From positions 384,001-448,000 of the forward strand of contig CBDDTI010000745.1 in the NCBI GenBank assembly GCA_965233585.1: DNA of 64,000 nt. Reading direction: 5' to 3'. The notes beneath the pieces are model-generated. The model searched no databases. It was given only the letters and a program-made list of their open reading frames with translations, and was not told the DNA's origin. Position 1 is the first letter of the stretch. Every line of letters starts with the position of its first letter. The translations under genes and the position numbers were made by a program. This document shows positions 62,455 to 64,000 of the stretch, in pieces. The DNA comes from a bacterium (GTDB taxonomy: Bacteria > SAR324 > NAC60-12).

Positions 62455-62914
62455 AAAAGAGCTTCGCTCTCATATTGTTCAAGTTGTCAAAAAATTTGAC
62501 GACGAATTTTTGAAAGATTCCAGAATTGTTGAGTCAAAACTCTATCCGCATATTCACCTCAACAAAAGAGTTCTTGTTGAAGCAATCAAGCATGCAAGGC
62601 TTGATATAGAAAGGATGTCATCTTTTCACATTCCCAAGAACTGCCGTTTGGGGAAAAGTAAGTATGCAGGATTTTTGTCCAAATGGATTGCTAAAATGGT
62701 ACCTTTTTATATTGAGGATGGTCATCCTCTCTCTGAAAACATGTACCTGCTCAACAGTTATTTTGCATTTTGGGTCTTTCGTTCTTTTTTGGATAAGAAT
62801 ATCCCAGAAAAATTTCATATTTATCTTATCTATTCATTACATTTTCGTGATGAAAGAGGTGAAACACTAGCTCTACTTGCTCTGACGTTTCAATCTATCT
62901 CACCCCCAAAATAG
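62432..62914 (+). CDS. Hypothetical helical protein
   Basis: 160-aa ORF with a purine-rich upstream region; no family I can name. Confidence 0.7.
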   Translation: MNQTVASEKELRSHIVQVVKKFDDEFLKDSRIVESKLYPHIHLNKRVLVEAIKHARLDIERMSSFHIPKNCRLGKSKYAGFLSKWIAKMVPFYIEDGHPLSENMYLLNSYFAFWVFRSFLDKNIPEKFHIYLIYSLHFRDERGETLALLALTFQSISPPK

Positions 62915-62992
62915 ATTTTTTTAAATCACTCAAACGCATCAGCACTGATGCCACCGTCTTGGCAGCTTCCCGAGTCTCTTCTAAAACAGCAT

Positions 62993-63352
62993 CGTCATTC
63001 CTGCGAAAGCAGGAATCTTAAAAACAAAAGTGAGATTGCGGGTCAAGCCCGCAATGACCAAAAAACAAACACGTCACTTGAGTGCTTGGCACAGAATCTT
63101 AAAAACAAAAGTGAGATTGCGGGTCAAGCCTGCAATGACCAAAAAAACAAACACGTCACTTGAGTTTTTGACACAAAATCTCAAAGAAAGAACATGAATA
63201 CTCTCAAAAAAGAGAGATTGCGGGTCAAGCCCGCAATGACGGAAGGCTTCTTTTCCCCTTCTTTGAAGGTCAACAAGCCAGCGGCTTGTTGCTGGCGTGC
63301 GTGCCTGACGGGGTAGTCCTTACTTCTTCGCCATGGCTCACCTTGATCCGCA
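62993..63352. repeat. REP-like palindrome cluster
   Basis: GTCATTCCTGCGAAAGCAGGAATC (~62994); GAGATTGCGGGTCAAGCCCGCAATGAC at 63032 and 63214, variant at 63113; about 81-bp tandem unit. Confidence 0.9.
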
Positions 63353-63463
63353 ACTATTCCTGTTTATCCTCTATTTTTCTTTTACTTTATTTTCAACTCT
63401 TTCTTAAAAAATCTGCTAGACTAGATGTTTTTAAATTTAGAAAATTTCAGCTGAGAGGTCAGG

Positions 63464-64000
63464 ATGTCAGAACGTTTAGATAGAATAGAAAAAATCTTAG
63501 CAGAAGCCAGTATCATTGCTAAAGAAGCCAGTATCATTGCTAAAGAAGCCCATGAAACAGTCAAAGCTGTTGCCAAACAGCAAGAAAAAACTGATGCTCA
63601 AATTGCAAGAACTGATACTCAAATTGCCAAAGTGTCCAAACAACTAGGGGGTTTTGTTAACAACGCGGGTTTAATCCTAGAAGACCGAATCTATCGTTGT
63701 TTTGAAGAGACGTTAGGGCAGAATATGTCTATTGAAATAGAAGGCATTCACTATGACCGACTCAACAGAAACATCAGTGGCAAATTTGGTCAGACCACTG
63801 GACAATTTGACATCTCTTTGTTCAATCACTGCCACGTCTTGATTATAGAAGTCAAAAGAAAAGCACATGTCAACGACATTGAGCAGATTCTCAAGCAAAA
63901 GCAAACCTTTCCTATTGTTTTTCCTCACTTCAAAAACTTTACCTTTCACTTAGCATTAGCCAGTGAATCCTTTGACAAAGATTTGATGCAAGAAGCCAAA
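63464..64000 (+). CDS. Second paralog of the coiled-coil/PD-(D/E)XK-like protein (runs off window end)
   Basis: ATGTCAGAACGTTTAGAT start identical to 60951; open to the window end. Confidence 0.85.
   Translation, partial: MSERLDRIEKILAEASIIAKEASIIAKEAHETVKAVAKQQEKTDAQIARTDTQIAKVSKQLGGFVNNAGLILEDRIYRCFEETLGQNMSIEIEGIHYDRLNRNISGKFGQTTGQFDISLFNHCHVLIIEVKRKAHVNDIEQILKQKQTFPIVFPHFKNFTFHLALASESFDKDLMQEAK

Overview
AT-rich bacterial chromosomal window. Left end (1-7.5 kb): two inverted, closely related IS1-family copies, both carrying the same premature stop. They bracket a cluster of palindromic (REP-like) repeats, a ROK kinase, a multi-domain sensor histidine kinase and an Rpn-type PD-(D/E)XK gene. 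7.5-27.6 kb (minus strand): a complete type V-A CRISPR-Cas locus (cas12a-cas4-cas1-cas2). Its array is very large (about 197 spacers by manual count, 36-bp repeat) and is split by a third, apparently intact IS1-family element. The Cas12a is unusually long (1544 aa), with Lys/Glu-rich coiled-coil insertions and a divergent PAM-interacting loop. 27.9-60.5 kb is mostly housekeeping: dxr, cdsA, uppS, BI-1/YccA, class A PBP, serine hydrolase, rplU, rpmA, trpS, purB, trmB, miaA, nrdAB, glmS, cmk, a TPR protein, dapF, serA, a CysN homolog with a degenerate GTPase domain, an FG-GAP repeat protein, HPF, an AsmA2/YhdP-like protein and pdxH. Right end: REP-doublet clusters bound a duplicated coiled-coil/PD-(D/E)XK gene and a two-gene cargo. 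The most notable observation is one CRISPR spacer that is a perfectly symmetrised version of the host's own REP palindrome, the sequence expected at a REP-REP recombination or excision junction. All assignments come from manual motif reading; no database searches were run.
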